Source: Candidatus Magasanikbacteria bacterium CG10_big_fil_rev_8_21_14_0_10_36_32
GTDB lineage: Bacteria; Patescibacteriota; Patescibacteriia; Magasanikbacterales; GWA2-37-8
DNA: 64,000 nucleotides
Reading direction: 5' to 3'
Assembly: GCA_002778465.1 (NCBI GenBank)
Contig: PFBV01000003.1
Span: 2,397 to 66,396 of the forward strand
The notes beneath the pieces are model-generated. The model had not been told where the DNA came from and did no database searches. It worked only from the letters and a program-made list of their open reading frames with translations. Shown here piece after piece: positions 7,801-18,511 of the stretch. Each line of letters starts with the position of its first letter. Position 1 is the stretch's first letter. Made by a program: the position numbers and the translations under genes.

Positions 7801-10520
7801 ATTAAATTTTTTAATTGTTCTTTTAATTTTTTTAATTTTTCTTGCCCTTCAGACAATTTCTGTTTTTCTTTTTCCACCACTTCTTTCGGCGCGTGGCTGA
7901 CAAATTCCTGATTAGATAGTTTCTTTTCCAATCCAATCAAATATGGTTCCACCGCGGCAATTTCTTTACTCAGCCGTTCTTTTTCTTTTCCGGTATCAAC
8001 CAAACCTAATAAATCAATAAACACTTCCACACCGAAAGAAACAAAACCGATACTGCCCTGCGGCTTATCTAATTTTTTAGAAATTTTTAAATTTTCAATT
8101 CGAGCCAAACCTTTAATTATTTCCTCGTTGCTATTCAAAAATTTTTCCGCTTGTCCGGCGCTAATCGCGACATTTATTTTTTTCGCCGGTTCAATTTTAT
8201 AATCAGCCCGGAGCGAACGGATACTGGTAATTATATCAACAATGTATGAAGTAAATTCATCTATTGCTGACCCATTGCTACTTAATTTGAATTCGGGATA
8301 TTTTTGTATCATTAAACAATTCTCATCTTTATATATTTCCTGCCAAATTTGTTCAGTAACAAATGGCATAAACGGATGCCAAAGTTTTAAAATATTATTT
8401 AAAATATAATTTAAAATTTCAGATTTTTTGCCCTCAATTTTAGCCATTTCCAAATACCAGTCGGCCAAAGTTCCCCATGTAAAATCTCGGAGTTTTTCTC
8501 CGGCCATTGATAAATTGTAATTTTCAATACAATATTTTACTTGACTGGCAACATCATTCAATCTTAATAAAATCCATTTATCCGCCAGAGTTTTTCCAAC
8601 CGGTTTTTTGACATCCGCTTTCGGTTTATCAATATTCAACAACATAAACCGGCAGATATTCCAAAGTTTGTTGGTGAAATTGCGAAAACCGGCAATTTTT
8701 TCTTCCCCCAAATTCAAATCATTACCCGGAGAATTGCCAATCAAAAGAGAAAGGCGCACAGCATCAGTGCCATATTTCTCAATCACTTCTTTTGGGTCAA
8801 TGCCATTGCCCTTTGATTTGCTCATTTTTTGTCCCTTTTCATCGCGAATCAAACCGGTGAAATATAAATTTTTAAATGGTACTTGTCCGGTGCAATACAA
8901 ACTCATAATAATCATCCGAAACGCCCAAAATGGCAAAATATCCCTTCCCATCACCATCATATCGCTCGGATAAAATTCTTTAAAATCTTTTCCGTTTGGA
9001 AAACCCAAAGTAGAATACGCCCATTGTCCAGAGGAAAACCATGTGTCTAGTGTGTCTTCATCTTGAAAAAGCATATTATTACCATGACGTTCATCAACAG
9101 GACACACCAATGGTTTCTCACCAACAGCAACGGGAATTTTACCGACACGGCTTTTTATTTTAATATTCGCGTGATTACTATCGTTAGTAAACGATACCTT
9201 GCTTATATTATTTCTATCATCTTCACACCGTGCACAATACCACACCGGTATCCTCGGCCCCCACCAAATTTGACGAGAAATACACCAATCGCGAATGTTA
9301 TCTATCCAATTTAACATCACATCTTTAAATCTCTCGGGATAAATTTTTATTTCGTCATTTTCAATGGCTTTTCGCGCCGCTTTTTTCAAAGAAAAATTTT
9401 CATGATCAACATTTACAAACCATTGTTTGGATACCATGGGCTCAATCGCTGATTGGCAGCGTTCACAAACCGACAAATTATTCGGGTAGTCTTCCTCTTT
9501 TTCTAACAATTTATGCTCACGTAATTCATTAACAATCATTTCTCGTGCTTCATTCACGGGCATACCACTAAACTTTTTAAAACCCTCATGGATTTTACCG
9601 TGTTCATCAATAACCTTAATAATTGGTAAATCATTTTTTCGAGCCATTTCCCAATCAACAGCCGAATGCGCCGGAGTCACTCCCAAAGCGCCGGTGCCAA
9701 ATGTTGAATCAACTTCATGATCGACAATTATTTTTATTTTTAACGGTAGGCCGACAAAATCAACTTCAAAAATTTTACCAATATATTTTTTGTATCTTTC
9801 ATCTTTCGGATTTACGGCAATGGCCGTATCACCCAATTTTGTTTCCGGTCGGGTAGTGGAAATGGAAAATGGAAAATCTTTATTATATTTAAAAGTATAT
9901 AATTTCGCTTTCTGCTCCAGGTGTTCAACCTCAACATCCGAGAGAGCGGTAAAACAACGCGGACACCAATTAATTATACGCTCGCCTTGATAAATCATTC
10001 TGTTTCCATTTTTATCAACTTCATTATACATTTTTACAAATGTATCCAATACCACCTTAACCAATTCCGGATCCATAGTAAATTTTTCACGCGACCAGTC
10101 GGCTGAAAGTCCAATCTTTTTTTCCTGCTCTCGCATATATTGCGCGCGGTCTTTGCAAAAAGAAAAAATTTCATCATAAAACTTTTCTCTGCCCAAATCA
10201 CACCGAGTGATACCGCGTTCTTTTTTAATTTTCTTTTCATACACAACTTGCGACTGTATGCCGGCGTGATCTTTGCCCGGTAAAAGTAATGTCTTCTCGC
10301 CTTTCATCCTGTGATAACGTCCAAGTAAATCCATTACAACATAACCCGAAGCGTGCCCGATATGCATTTCACCATTAGCATTTGGCGGGGGTAAAATATT
10401 TACATACTGTCCTTTTGTATTTAACAAATTTTCAGGATTAAAAAACCCGCTGTCCAGCCAGCGTTTATAAATGCCGTCTTCATACTTTTTCGGTTCGTAC
10501 GCTTTTGACAATTCCTTCAT
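7797..10520 (-). CDS. valS: valine--tRNA ligase
   Basis: PPPNANGEMHIGHASGYVVMDLLGRYHRMKG, KMSKSKGN and a C-terminal coiled coil. 907 aa. Confidence 0.9.
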   Translation of the reverse strand: MKELSKAYEPKKYEDGIYKRWLDSGFFNPENLLNTKGQYVNILPPPNANGEMHIGHASGYVVMDLLGRYHRMKGEKTLLLPGKDHAGIQSQVVYEKKIKKERGITRCDLGREKFYDEIFSFCKDRAQYMREQEKKIGLSADWSREKFTMDPELVKVVLDTFVKMYNEVDKNGNRMIYQGERIINWCPRCFTALSDVEVEHLEQKAKLYTFKYNKDFPFSISTTRPETKLGDTAIAVNPKDERYKKYIGKIFEVDFVGLPLKIKIIVDHEVDSTFGTGALGVTPAHSAVDWEMARKNDLPIIKVIDEHGKIHEGFKKFSGMPVNEAREMIVNELREHKLLEKEEDYPNNLSVCERCQSAIEPMVSKQWFVNVDHENFSLKKAARKAIENDEIKIYPERFKDVMLNWIDNIRDWCISRQIWWGPRIPVWYCARCEDDRNNISKVSFTNDSNHANIKIKSRVGKIPVAVGEKPLVCPVDERHGNNMLFQDEDTLDTWFSSGQWAYSTLGFPNGKDFKEFYPSDMMVMGRDILPFWAFRMIIMSLYCTGQVPFKNLYFTGLIRDEKGQKMSKSKGNGIDPKEVIEKYGTDAVRLSLLIGNSPGNDLNLGEEKIAGFRNFTNKLWNICRFMLLNIDKPKADVKKPVGKTLADKWILLRLNDVASQVKYCIENYNLSMAGEKLRDFTWGTLADWYLEMAKIEGKKSEILNYILNNILKLWHPFMPFVTEQIWQEIYKDENCLMIQKYPEFKLSSNGSAIDEFTSYIVDIITSIRSLRADYKIEPAKKINVAISAGQAEKFLNSNEEIIKGLARIENLKISKKLDKPQGSIGFVSFGVEVFIDLLGLVDTGKEKERLSKEIAAVEPYLIGLEKKLSNQEFVSHAPKEVVEKEKQKLSEGQEKLKKLKEQLKNLI

Positions 10521-10693
10521 AATTCAGAGTATATTTATACTATATTTTACGAAAAAATAGCGAAAAAAGCAAGCTAAAAAACCGTCAAAAAACGGCTTAT
10601 TCCTCAAACTGGCAAAATCACCTTATTTTTACCCTTATTTAAGCCATTTTTTCATTCTCCCGACGCCCTTTTGCTGGGTCGGGACTCCGACCT

Positions 10694-10716
10694 GCCTGCC
10701 GGTAGGCAGGCTTTTT
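10694..10716 (+). terminator. GC-rich hairpin (cctgcct-gccggt-aggcagg) plus T-run, inside a ~70-nt GC-rich nested-stem element (10657-10725)
   Basis: Perfect 7-bp stem followed by cttttt. An outer stem ccgacgc/gcgtcgg encloses it. Local GC is far above the surroundings. It lies upstream of the DHH-gene promoter and has no obvious cognate gene. Confidence 0.35.
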
Positions 10717-10726
10717 AGCGTCGGAG

Positions 10727-10755
10727 TTGACAAGTTTTCCAATATCAGATATACT
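10727..10755 (+). promoter_or_regulatory. sigma70-like promoter TTGACA-17-TATACT for the DHH phosphoesterase gene
   Basis: TTGACA at 10727-10732, 17-nt spacer, TATACT at 10750-10755. The predicted TSS (~10762) falls after the first ATG (10759), implying a start at ATG 10768 and a near-leaderless mRNA. Confidence 0.5.
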
Positions 10756-10767
10756 GCAATGTTCTGT

Positions 10768-11922
10768 ATGTTTACCACAACCCAACAACTACAAAAACTT
10801 TTGGAAACAAGCCGCCACATTTTGGTGGTTTTTGGAGCTGAAAAAAATCCGGACGCGATTGCCGGCGCTTTGGCTTTAAAAAAATTCTTTGATAAACAAC
10901 ACAAACAAATTGATTTGGTTTCCACCAATTTCAAACAGCCGTCGGCAATGTCATTTTTGCCAGGATTAGAACAAATAAAGTCTGAACTGACTCATCTGCA
11001 AAAATTCATCATCAAAGTTGATATTTCAAAATCAAAAATTGAAACAATCAGCTATGATGTTAAAGATGATTGGCTGTCCATCAATCTGACGCCAAAACAC
11101 GGTTTCATTACAAAGAATGAATTGCGGACGGCGCAATCTACTTATAAATATGATTTGATTATCACTTTAAGCGCCCAAGATTTGGAGTCGCTGGGTGATA
11201 TTTTTTTAAACAACACCGACCTGTTTTATCGCGTGCCGATTGTTAATATTGACCATCGCCCAAGCAATGAACATTTTGGACAAATCAATCTGGTTGATAT
11301 CAGCGCCACTTCCTCATCTGAAATTATTTTCAAAACTCTGGAACAGCTCAATGCGGCACATATTGATGAAGAAATCGCCACCGCGTTGCTGACCGGCATG
11401 ATAAGCCAGACACGCAGCTTCAAAACTCCAAATGTTAATCCGGACACTTTAAATCTGGCCGGCCGGCTGATGAATCTCGGCGCCGACCGCGAAAAAATTA
11501 TCCGCCATCTTTATTACACAAAATCACTGGCCACCTTAAAATTATGGGGACAGGCTTTAAGTAATCTGCAAAATGACCGCGAAACCGGTCTGGCCTGGAC
11601 CACGGTCACACGGGAAGATTTCGCCCGCTCCGGCGCCAGCGAAGATGATTTACGCGAACTGATTCATGATTTAATCAGCAACTCCCCCGAAATCAAAATG
11701 ATTCTAATTATTTTTGAAAATTCAAACGATAAAAAAATAAATTGTTTACTGGCAACCGAAAAATATTTTGACGCCATGGAATTATCCAAAACATTCAATC
11801 CGTCCGGTGATAAAAAAATCGCCGTTTTTTCCATTTCCGACAAAAATTTGAAGGAAGCGGAAGAAACAGCGGTGACTGAAATCCGAAACAAAGCCAAATT
11901 TCTTCTTTCGGGTTTAAATTAA
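10768..11922 (+). CDS. DHH-family phosphoesterase (NrnA-like oligoribonuclease/pAp phosphatase), DHH motif reads DHR
   Basis: DHH/DHHA1 architecture: ILVVFGAEKNPDAIAGALAL, NIDHRPSNEHFG, GGG-like DHHA1 region. The ORF track start is 10759. The start chosen here is 10768 because of the promoter geometry. Confidence 0.65.
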   Translation: MFTTTQQLQKLLETSRHILVVFGAEKNPDAIAGALALKKFFDKQHKQIDLVSTNFKQPSAMSFLPGLEQIKSELTHLQKFIIKVDISKSKIETISYDVKDDWLSINLTPKHGFITKNELRTAQSTYKYDLIITLSAQDLESLGDIFLNNTDLFYRVPIVNIDHRPSNEHFGQINLVDISATSSSEIIFKTLEQLNAAHIDEEIATALLTGMISQTRSFKTPNVNPDTLNLAGRLMNLGADREKIIRHLYYTKSLATLKLWGQALSNLQNDRETGLAWTTVTREDFARSGASEDDLRELIHDLISNSPEIKMILIIFENSNDKKINCLLATEKYFDAMELSKTFNPSGDKKIAVFSISDKNLKEAEETAVTEIRNKAKFLLSGLN

Positions 11923-13500
11923 ACTTCGGCCGGTCATTTCCGGCGGTAATTCTAAACCCATCAGCGTCAACACCGTTGGCGCAACATCAGCCAATATGCC
12001 AACTGGCGGTATTAAACTTAAATCGCCTTCTGGCGGATCACCGGCCGGACCAGCTTGACCCATAAAATCTTGACTGATTATAAACATCGGCACAGGATTA
12101 GTGGAATGTTCTTTGTCAATTTCATTAGTTTGTAAATTAAGCAATTCTTCAGCATTGCCATGATCAGATGTAATTACGACAGCGCCGCCTTTAGCTAAAG
12201 TATGATCAACTATTTCACCAATACTGCTATCTACCGCTTCACAAGCTTTTATGGTAGCGGCCATATTTCCAGTATGACTAACCATATCACCATTAGCTAA
12301 ATTAACCGCTATAAAAGCATATTTTTCACTTTCAATCGCTTTAACAGTTTCTTTTGTTACTTCAGAAACAGACATTTCCGGTGTTAAATCATAAGAAGCG
12401 ACTTTTGGTGATGGAATTATCAATCTATCTTCTCCGGTAAAAGGTTCTTCTTTTGTACCATTTAAAAAGAAAGTGACATGCGCATATTTTTCAGTTTCGG
12501 CAATATGAAATTGTTTTAAGCCGGCATTGCTAACTACTTCACCTAAACTGTTTCTGATTACTACCGGAGGAAAAGCTACGGCACTAACGGGTACTTCTTT
12601 TTCATATTCAGTCATAGCAGTAAAAAATAAATTGTTTATATTTTTTCTGGCAAACTTATCGAAATTCGGCAAAACAAACGCCTTAGTTATTTGCCGAGCA
12701 CGATCAGGACGAAAATTAAAAAATACAATAGCATCATTATCTTTAATAACAGCAACTGGTTGGTCTTTTTTAACAATAACCGTCGGAGAAAATTCTTCAT
12801 CAAAATTTTTTTGAGAATAAGCTTCATCAATTACTTTTAAAGGATCCTCAGCTGTGCGCTCAGCTTTTCCTTCTACCATGGCATTATACGCTTTTTCACA
12901 ACGATCCCAATGATTGTCCCTATCCATAGTGTAATATCGTCCGGCTAAAGAAGCAATTTTACCTACTTTAATATCTTTCATCTTTTTCATCAGTTGATCA
13001 ATAAAATATTTTCCAGAATTAAAAATTGTATCGCGACCATCTAAAATTGCATGGACAAAAACATTATCAGATAAACCATGTTTTTTTGCTAAATCTAACA
13101 AAGCAAACAAATGAGCGCTATTAGAATGAACTTTACCTTCACTTACTAATCCAAACAAATGTAAATTTGAATTATTTTTCTTAACATGTTCAATGGCTGA
13201 TAAAAATGCTTGATTTTTAAAAAATTCTCCACTTTCTATATCATGGTCAATACGAGGTAAGGTTTGATAATAAACTCTTCCAGCGCCTATATTTAAGTGA
13301 CCGACTTCCGAATTTCCCATTTCACCAAAAGATAAACCCACCTCTGTGCCAGCAGCCATCAAAGTCATTATGGGATAGTTTTTAATATAATTTTTTAAAT
13401 TTACAGTATTAGCTTTTTCTACAGCATTACCATCACCAGCCGGAGCAATACCCCAACCATCAGCAATAATAAGAACTACGGGTTTATATTTATAAGTCAT
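11914..13500 (-). CDS. gpmI: 2,3-bisphosphoglycerate-independent phosphoglycerate mutase (iPGM), copy 1
   Basis: VVLIIADGWGIAP, SDHGNAE and LNLANGDMVSHTG motifs. 528 aa. Confidence 0.85.
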   Translation of the reverse strand: MTYKYKPVVLIIADGWGIAPAGDGNAVEKANTVNLKNYIKNYPIMTLMAAGTEVGLSFGEMGNSEVGHLNIGAGRVYYQTLPRIDHDIESGEFFKNQAFLSAIEHVKKNNSNLHLFGLVSEGKVHSNSAHLFALLDLAKKHGLSDNVFVHAILDGRDTIFNSGKYFIDQLMKKMKDIKVGKIASLAGRYYTMDRDNHWDRCEKAYNAMVEGKAERTAEDPLKVIDEAYSQKNFDEEFSPTVIVKKDQPVAVIKDNDAIVFFNFRPDRARQITKAFVLPNFDKFARKNINNLFFTAMTEYEKEVPVSAVAFPPVVIRNSLGEVVSNAGLKQFHIAETEKYAHVTFFLNGTKEEPFTGEDRLIIPSPKVASYDLTPEMSVSEVTKETVKAIESEKYAFIAVNLANGDMVSHTGNMAATIKACEAVDSSIGEIVDHTLAKGGAVVITSDHGNAEELLNLQTNEIDKEHSTNPVPMFIISQDFMGQAGPAGDPPEGDLSLIPPVGILADVAPTVLTLMGLELPPEMTGRSLI

Positions 13501-13503
13501 ATT

Positions 13504-15099
13504 TTATTTAATTAAAGACCGACCGGTCATTTCTTTAGGCTGTTTGACACCCATCATTTTTAAAATTGTTGGCGCAACATCAGCCAATTTTCCTTTTTTC
13601 ATTTTTAAACGTTTTTTATAAAAATGTTCCCCAATCAAAAATAACGGCACCATATTGGTTGAATGTTCAGTATTAATTTCACCAGTTTTTAAATCAACTA
13701 ATTCTTCAGCATTGCCATGATCAGCGGTGACAATACCTTGCCCACCATTTTTTTTAATAATTTTAATTAAACGCTCTACTTCAGAATCTACAGTTTTTAC
13801 GGCGATTTCTGTAGCTTTAATATCACCGGTATGAGCGACTATATCAGGATTGGCAAAATTAACACAAATAAAATCATATTCACATGACTCAATGGCATGA
13901 GAAACATAATCTGATACCATGCCGGCGTTCATTTTTGGTTTTTTTGAATAATTGTCAACTGCAACGGAATTAATTTTTACCCAACGATCCTCACAAAAAT
14001 GGTGGCTATAACCGCCATTAAAAAAGTAAGTCACGTGGGCAAACTTTTCTGTTTCGGCCACAAACAATTGACGGCGCGGACATAAAATTTGTACTAAACT
14101 GTTAGTTACATCACGACTCGGAAAAGCGGTTAAAACACCGGGTAAATCAGGACCAAAGTCAGTCATGGCCACAAAACGAATATTTCTTGGTAATTTTTCC
14201 CGAACAAAAGAATTATCATTTTCTTTGTCAAAACTTCTTTGGACAAAAACTTTTGTTAATTCACGAGCACGATCACTTCTTAAGTTAAAGAAAAATATTG
14301 CATCATTACTGCTAATTTTTCCCACAGGTTCTCCTTTTTCAATAATTACCGTCGGTTGAATAAATTCATCTGTTTCACCTCGATTATATGCCTGCAGAAC
14401 GGCTTCAGTGGCACTCGGAGCTTTATGTTTAGAATTCGCCAAAACCAAAGCATCATAAGATTGTTTGATTCTTTTCCATGTTTTGCTTCTGTCCATGGCA
14501 TAAAAACGACCCATTATAGTGGCAATTTTTTCACCATTATTCAAATGTTCATATAACTTCTTTAAATGATGCGGCGCATCGTGTTGAGACGAATCTCGAC
14601 CATCAGTAAATAAATGCAAATAAACTTTTTTAAATTTTTCTCGACGCAATAAATCCATTAAAGCATATAAATGTTCTGGACAAGAATGGGCGCTATTATG
14701 ATTTGAAAGTAAACCCATTACATGAATGGAGCTATTATATTTTTTAACATGATAAAACGCTTGATGAAAAGCATTATTCTTAAAAAAGGTTCCATCATTA
14801 ATCGCGTCGGATATATACATTGCGTCTTGCTTAACCACTCGTCCGGCACCCAAATTAATATGGCCGGCTTCACTATTCCCTTCTTGACCCTTAAATAAAC
14901 CGACGGATGTGCCACTCGCTTGCAATTCAGTATGCGGATAATCTTTCAACCAACGAAAATAATTAGGAGTAATATTTGGTTGAATCGGATTTCCTTTATT
15001 TTTTAAAGGAGCTACCCCCCATCCATCCATAATAATTAAAACCGTAGTTTTTTTATTTTTTGTATTATGATGTTTTTTATTTTTAACGGCCATAATCAA
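13504..15099 (-). CDS. gpmI: 2,3-bisphosphoglycerate-independent phosphoglycerate mutase paralog (iPGM), copy 2
   Basis: VLIIMDGWGVAP, TADHGNAE, NFANPDIVAHTG. Divergent from copy 1 and in tandem with it. Confidence 0.8.
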   Translation of the reverse strand: MIMAVKNKKHHNTKNKKTTVLIIMDGWGVAPLKNKGNPIQPNITPNYFRWLKDYPHTELQASGTSVGLFKGQEGNSEAGHINLGAGRVVKQDAMYISDAINDGTFFKNNAFHQAFYHVKKYNSSIHVMGLLSNHNSAHSCPEHLYALMDLLRREKFKKVYLHLFTDGRDSSQHDAPHHLKKLYEHLNNGEKIATIMGRFYAMDRSKTWKRIKQSYDALVLANSKHKAPSATEAVLQAYNRGETDEFIQPTVIIEKGEPVGKISSNDAIFFFNLRSDRARELTKVFVQRSFDKENDNSFVREKLPRNIRFVAMTDFGPDLPGVLTAFPSRDVTNSLVQILCPRRQLFVAETEKFAHVTYFFNGGYSHHFCEDRWVKINSVAVDNYSKKPKMNAGMVSDYVSHAIESCEYDFICVNFANPDIVAHTGDIKATEIAVKTVDSEVERLIKIIKKNGGQGIVTADHGNAEELVDLKTGEINTEHSTNMVPLFLIGEHFYKKRLKMKKGKLADVAPTILKMMGVKQPKEMTGRSLIK

Positions 15100-15104
15100 A
15101 ATAT

Positions 15105-16352
15105 TTAAATTCCGAGCTCCAATTCAATTTCCATTAAACGATTATATTTTTCTACTCTCTCGGAACGAGACAATGAACCGGTTTTAATAAATTCAGAATT
15201 AACCGCCACTGCCAAATCAGCAATAAAAGTATCTGCTGTTTCGCCACTACGATGAGAGATACTGGTTTGATAATTATTCTTTTTAGCCAGCATAATCGCT
15301 GAGATTGTTTCAGAAACAGTACCAATTTGATTTAATTTAATAAGAATAGCATTGGCCACGCCGGATTTTATACCTTTAGATAATCTATCAACATTCGTAA
15401 CAAATAAATCATCACCCACCAAGGCAACTTTTTTACCTAATGTTTTAGTTAAAATTTTCCAATTATCCCAATCATCTTCACTTAAACCATCTTCTATGAA
15501 AACAAACGGATATTTATTCACCCAACCAGCTAAAGTACTAATCATTTTTTCAGCGCTCCAAGATTGTTTTTTGTTTAAGAAATAATACTTGCCTTTATTA
15601 CAAAATTCAGACGCAGCCACATCCAATCCCAAATAAACATGTTTGCCAGGTTCCCAACCAGCAGACTTGATTGCTTCAACAATCATTTGAACAGCTCTTT
15701 CATTATTCAATAATTCTGGAGCAAAACCGCCTTCATCGCCAACTGAAGTTACATAACCTTTCTGACTGAGCAAACCAGCTAAAGCATGAAAAATTTGCGC
15801 CCCCATCCGCACTCGTTCACGTAATAATTTATGACGCGGAATAATCATAAATTCCTGAATAGTCAAACCGCTATCAGCGTGCCGTCCACCATTAATAATA
15901 TTCATAGTTGGGATTGGCAAACGATAACCTTTTTCATTAATTTTATAAACTTTACGGAGATATTTATATAAAGGTAAACCAATATGTTCAGCACCAGCTC
16001 TGGCGGCGGCCATAGAAACACCTAGTATGGCATTAGCGCCAAGTTTGGTTTTATTTTTTGTGCCATCTAAATCAATCATTTTTTTATCAATTTTTTGCAA
16101 ATCAATAATATCCATACCCGATAATGCTTTAGAAATATAAACATTTACATTTTTTACTGCTTTTAAAACTCCCTTGCCACCATAACGAGAACCGCCGTCA
16201 CGCAATTCCAAAGCTTCGTGCGTGCCAGTGGAAGCGCCAGATGGAACTTTAGCAACACCAATAATTCCATTTTCTAAAATTACTTTGGCTTCAACTGTCG
16301 GATTGCCGCGTGAATCTAAAATTTCTCTGGCTGTTACTTTTTTAATCTTCAT
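15105..16352 (-). CDS. eno: enolase (phosphopyruvate hydratase)
   Basis: [41 protein letters not shown]-like [18 protein letters not shown]. The start is taken at the internal Met (the ORF track extends to 16373). Confidence 0.9.
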   Translation of the reverse strand: MKIKKVTAREILDSRGNPTVEAKVILENGIIGVAKVPSGASTGTHEALELRDGGSRYGGKGVLKAVKNVNVYISKALSGMDIIDLQKIDKKMIDLDGTKNKTKLGANAILGVSMAAARAGAEHIGLPLYKYLRKVYKINEKGYRLPIPTMNIINGGRHADSGLTIQEFMIIPRHKLLRERVRMGAQIFHALAGLLSQKGYVTSVGDEGGFAPELLNNERAVQMIVEAIKSAGWEPGKHVYLGLDVAASEFCNKGKYYFLNKKQSWSAEKMISTLAGWVNKYPFVFIEDGLSEDDWDNWKILTKTLGKKVALVGDDLFVTNVDRLSKGIKSGVANAILIKLNQIGTVSETISAIMLAKKNNYQTSISHRSGETADTFIADLAVAVNSEFIKTGSLSRSERVEKYNRLMEIELELGI

Positions 16353-16410
16353 AATTATTAAACTTAAATACAAAAAAGGGGAAACTGGCCCCTTTTGTAT
16401 AAATTGTTAA

Positions 16411-17310
16411 TTATTTCTTAGGTAGTATTTCATAAACCACATTTACATTCATTATAACATCTTTGCTGCCGCTTGAAACTACAGCTGGTGCCATTTCTCC
16501 ACCACCGATTCCACCACTGTAAGCGCTATATTTATAGTAATTATCATCGCCGCTTTCATATTCATTATAACTAACCACACCACCTAAACGCACACCCAAT
16601 GACTGAGCCAAAATTGCAGCTTTATTTTTAGCATCAACTAAAGCTTTGTTGCGCGCTTGATCTTTTAAATTACTCGTATCATCAATTGTAAAATTCAAAC
16701 CAACCACTTCGTTTGCGCCGTATTTTCCAGCCAACGATAAAACAACATTAATTTTACTTAGATCTCTAATTTTGATAGTAACGGTATTGGTCACTTTATA
16801 TCCTTTTAAAACAGCGCCTTTTTCAGTGTAATCATACTCGGGATAAATAGTATAATTGGTTTGTAAATCTTTATCTTCAATTTTTAAACTTTTTAATTCA
16901 GCCACAACTTGATCCATAACTTGCTTGTTACTTGTCTGGGCTTTAGCCACTTCTTTGTCTGTATTGGAATAGCCAATAGAAGTAACAGCAATATTATTAT
17001 CTCCGGTTACTTTACCCAAACCATTAATGGAAACAGTTTTTTCAGACCGATCGGCCAAACCGACATAATTAGATTTTTTTATATTCAATGAAATAGCAGT
17101 GCCAACATAAAAAATCAAATAAACCAACAAAACTCCCAACAACGTCATAAATAATTTCTTAACAAAAAACCCATGACCGCCCATACAACAATGAATTTTA
17201 TCTAAAGTATTGACGATTTTTGTTTCACTGCTTTCTTTTTTATTTTTAGATTTAATCAAGGCCATATATTTCCTCCTATAATGAAAATCTTTCGTTAAAA
17301 AAATTTTCAA
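16411..17310 (-). CDS. SIMPL-domain (DUF541/YggE-like) protein with N-terminal TM anchor
   Basis: The region LGVRLGGVVSYNE ... NFTIDDTSNLKDQARNKALVDAKNKAAILAQS is typical of the SIMPL family. TM helix LLGVLLVYLIFYVGTAI. Confidence 0.55.
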   Translation of the reverse strand: MKIFLTKDFHYRRKYMALIKSKNKKESSETKIVNTLDKIHCCMGGHGFFVKKLFMTLLGVLLVYLIFYVGTAISLNIKKSNYVGLADRSEKTVSINGLGKVTGDNNIAVTSIGYSNTDKEVAKAQTSNKQVMDQVVAELKSLKIEDKDLQTNYTIYPEYDYTEKGAVLKGYKVTNTVTIKIRDLSKINVVLSLAGKYGANEVVGLNFTIDDTSNLKDQARNKALVDAKNKAAILAQSLGVRLGGVVSYNEYESGDDNYYKYSAYSGGIGGGEMAPAVVSSGSKDVIMNVNVVYEILPKK

Positions 17311-17323
17311 TTTATTAATAAAA

Positions 17324-18511
17324 TTAATTATATTTTTTTTTCAACACGGATTTGACACCGGGTAATTGATTGTCGCTTAAAAACTCCAACATTGCTCCCC
17401 CGCCAGTAGAAACCAAATCAATATCATCAGTTACTTTTAATTTTTTAATTATCTCCACAGTTTCCCCACCTCCACAAACACCAAACGCTTTTCCTTTAGC
17501 TCGCGAAGCCAACAATCTTCCCACTGAATAACTGCCAAACTCATACGGATGCTGCTCGAAATATCCCATAGCACCGTTCCAAATCAATGTTTTAGCTCTT
17601 TTAATATACTTATTAAATAAATTTATTGTCGCCGGACCAACGTCATAAATTGCCAATTTCGAATTAATAATATTTATTTCGTCTATTTTAAAAACTTTGG
17701 CATTTTTTCCATTTTTTTCTCCAACCACCAAATCAACCGGCCAAATTATTTTCTTTTTGTTTTGATAAGATAAAACTTCTTTTTTTAACGATTGTTCAAC
17801 AATTGAACTTCCGACTTTAACTCCTTTGGCCCATAAATATGTATTAACCAATCCCCCGCCCAACAAAATATAATCGGCTTTTTCCAAAAACTTTTTCAAT
17901 AAAGGTAATTTGGTTTCCATTTTAATCCCGCCTAAAATCACCACAAACGGTTTCTTCGGTTTTACTGTTAATTTTAACAGACCATCAATTTCTTCTGTCA
18001 TCAACAGTCCGGCATAAGTCGGCAATAATTTTGCCACTCCAGAAACAGATGCCGCTGCGCGATGCGCCACAGCAAAACCATCTAAAACAAACAGATCGGC
18101 CAGGTTGGATAAATTTTTTGCCACTATTAATTTATTATCTTCTTCTCCTTTGATAAATCTGATATTTTCCAACAAAACAACATCCCCTTCTTTCATTTTA
18201 TTAATTTCTGCTTCAATTTTTTTCCACGAATCAATATTTAAAAATTTTATTTTACGTTTAAGTTTTTTCTCTAAAATTTGACTAATCGGTTTTAGACTTA
18301 ATTTTTTGTCAACCCCGATCGGCCTTCCTAAATGACTAACTAAAATAACTCTAGCTCCTTTTTTTATTAAAAATTCTATCGTTGGTAAACTCTTTGTAAT
18401 TTTATAACTTTCGTTAATTTTACCGTTTTTCAAAGGAACATTAAAATCCACTCGTACTAAAACGCGTTTTCCTTTTAAATTTTTAGCTAAAATAACTGAA
18501 TTTACCTTCAT
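17324..18511 (-). CDS. pgk: phosphoglycerate kinase
   Basis: KRVLVRVDFNVPLKNGKI N-terminal signature and GGGA hinge region GGGAMLEFL. The start is taken at the internal Met (the ORF track starts at 18589). Confidence 0.9.
   Translation of the reverse strand: MKVNSVILAKNLKGKRVLVRVDFNVPLKNGKINESYKITKSLPTIEFLIKKGARVILVSHLGRPIGVDKKLSLKPISQILEKKLKRKIKFLNIDSWKKIEAEINKMKEGDVVLLENIRFIKGEEDNKLIVAKNLSNLADLFVLDGFAVAHRAAASVSGVAKLLPTYAGLLMTEEIDGLLKLTVKPKKPFVVILGGIKMETKLPLLKKFLEKADYILLGGGLVNTYLWAKGVKVGSSIVEQSLKKEVLSYQNKKKIIWPVDLVVGEKNGKNAKVFKIDEINIINSKLAIYDVGPATINLFNKYIKRAKTLIWNGAMGYFEQHPYEFGSYSVGRLLASRAKGKAFGVCGGGETVEIIKKLKVTDDIDLVSTGGGAMLEFLSDNQLPGVKSVLKKKYN

Noticed and set aside
10521-10758. T-box riboswitch leader upstream of valS
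   Set aside because: No T-box consensus (AATTAGGGTGGNACCGCG-like) or specifier-loop architecture is visible on the valS strand. The GC-rich hairpin lies on the wrong side of, and upstream of, the divergent promoter.
10635-10934. 99-aa minus-strand ORF overlapping the GC-rich hairpin and the 5-prime end of the DHH gene
   Set aside because: It overlaps a well-supported plus-strand gene and promoter. The open frame is created by the GC-rich hairpin region, with no supporting signals.
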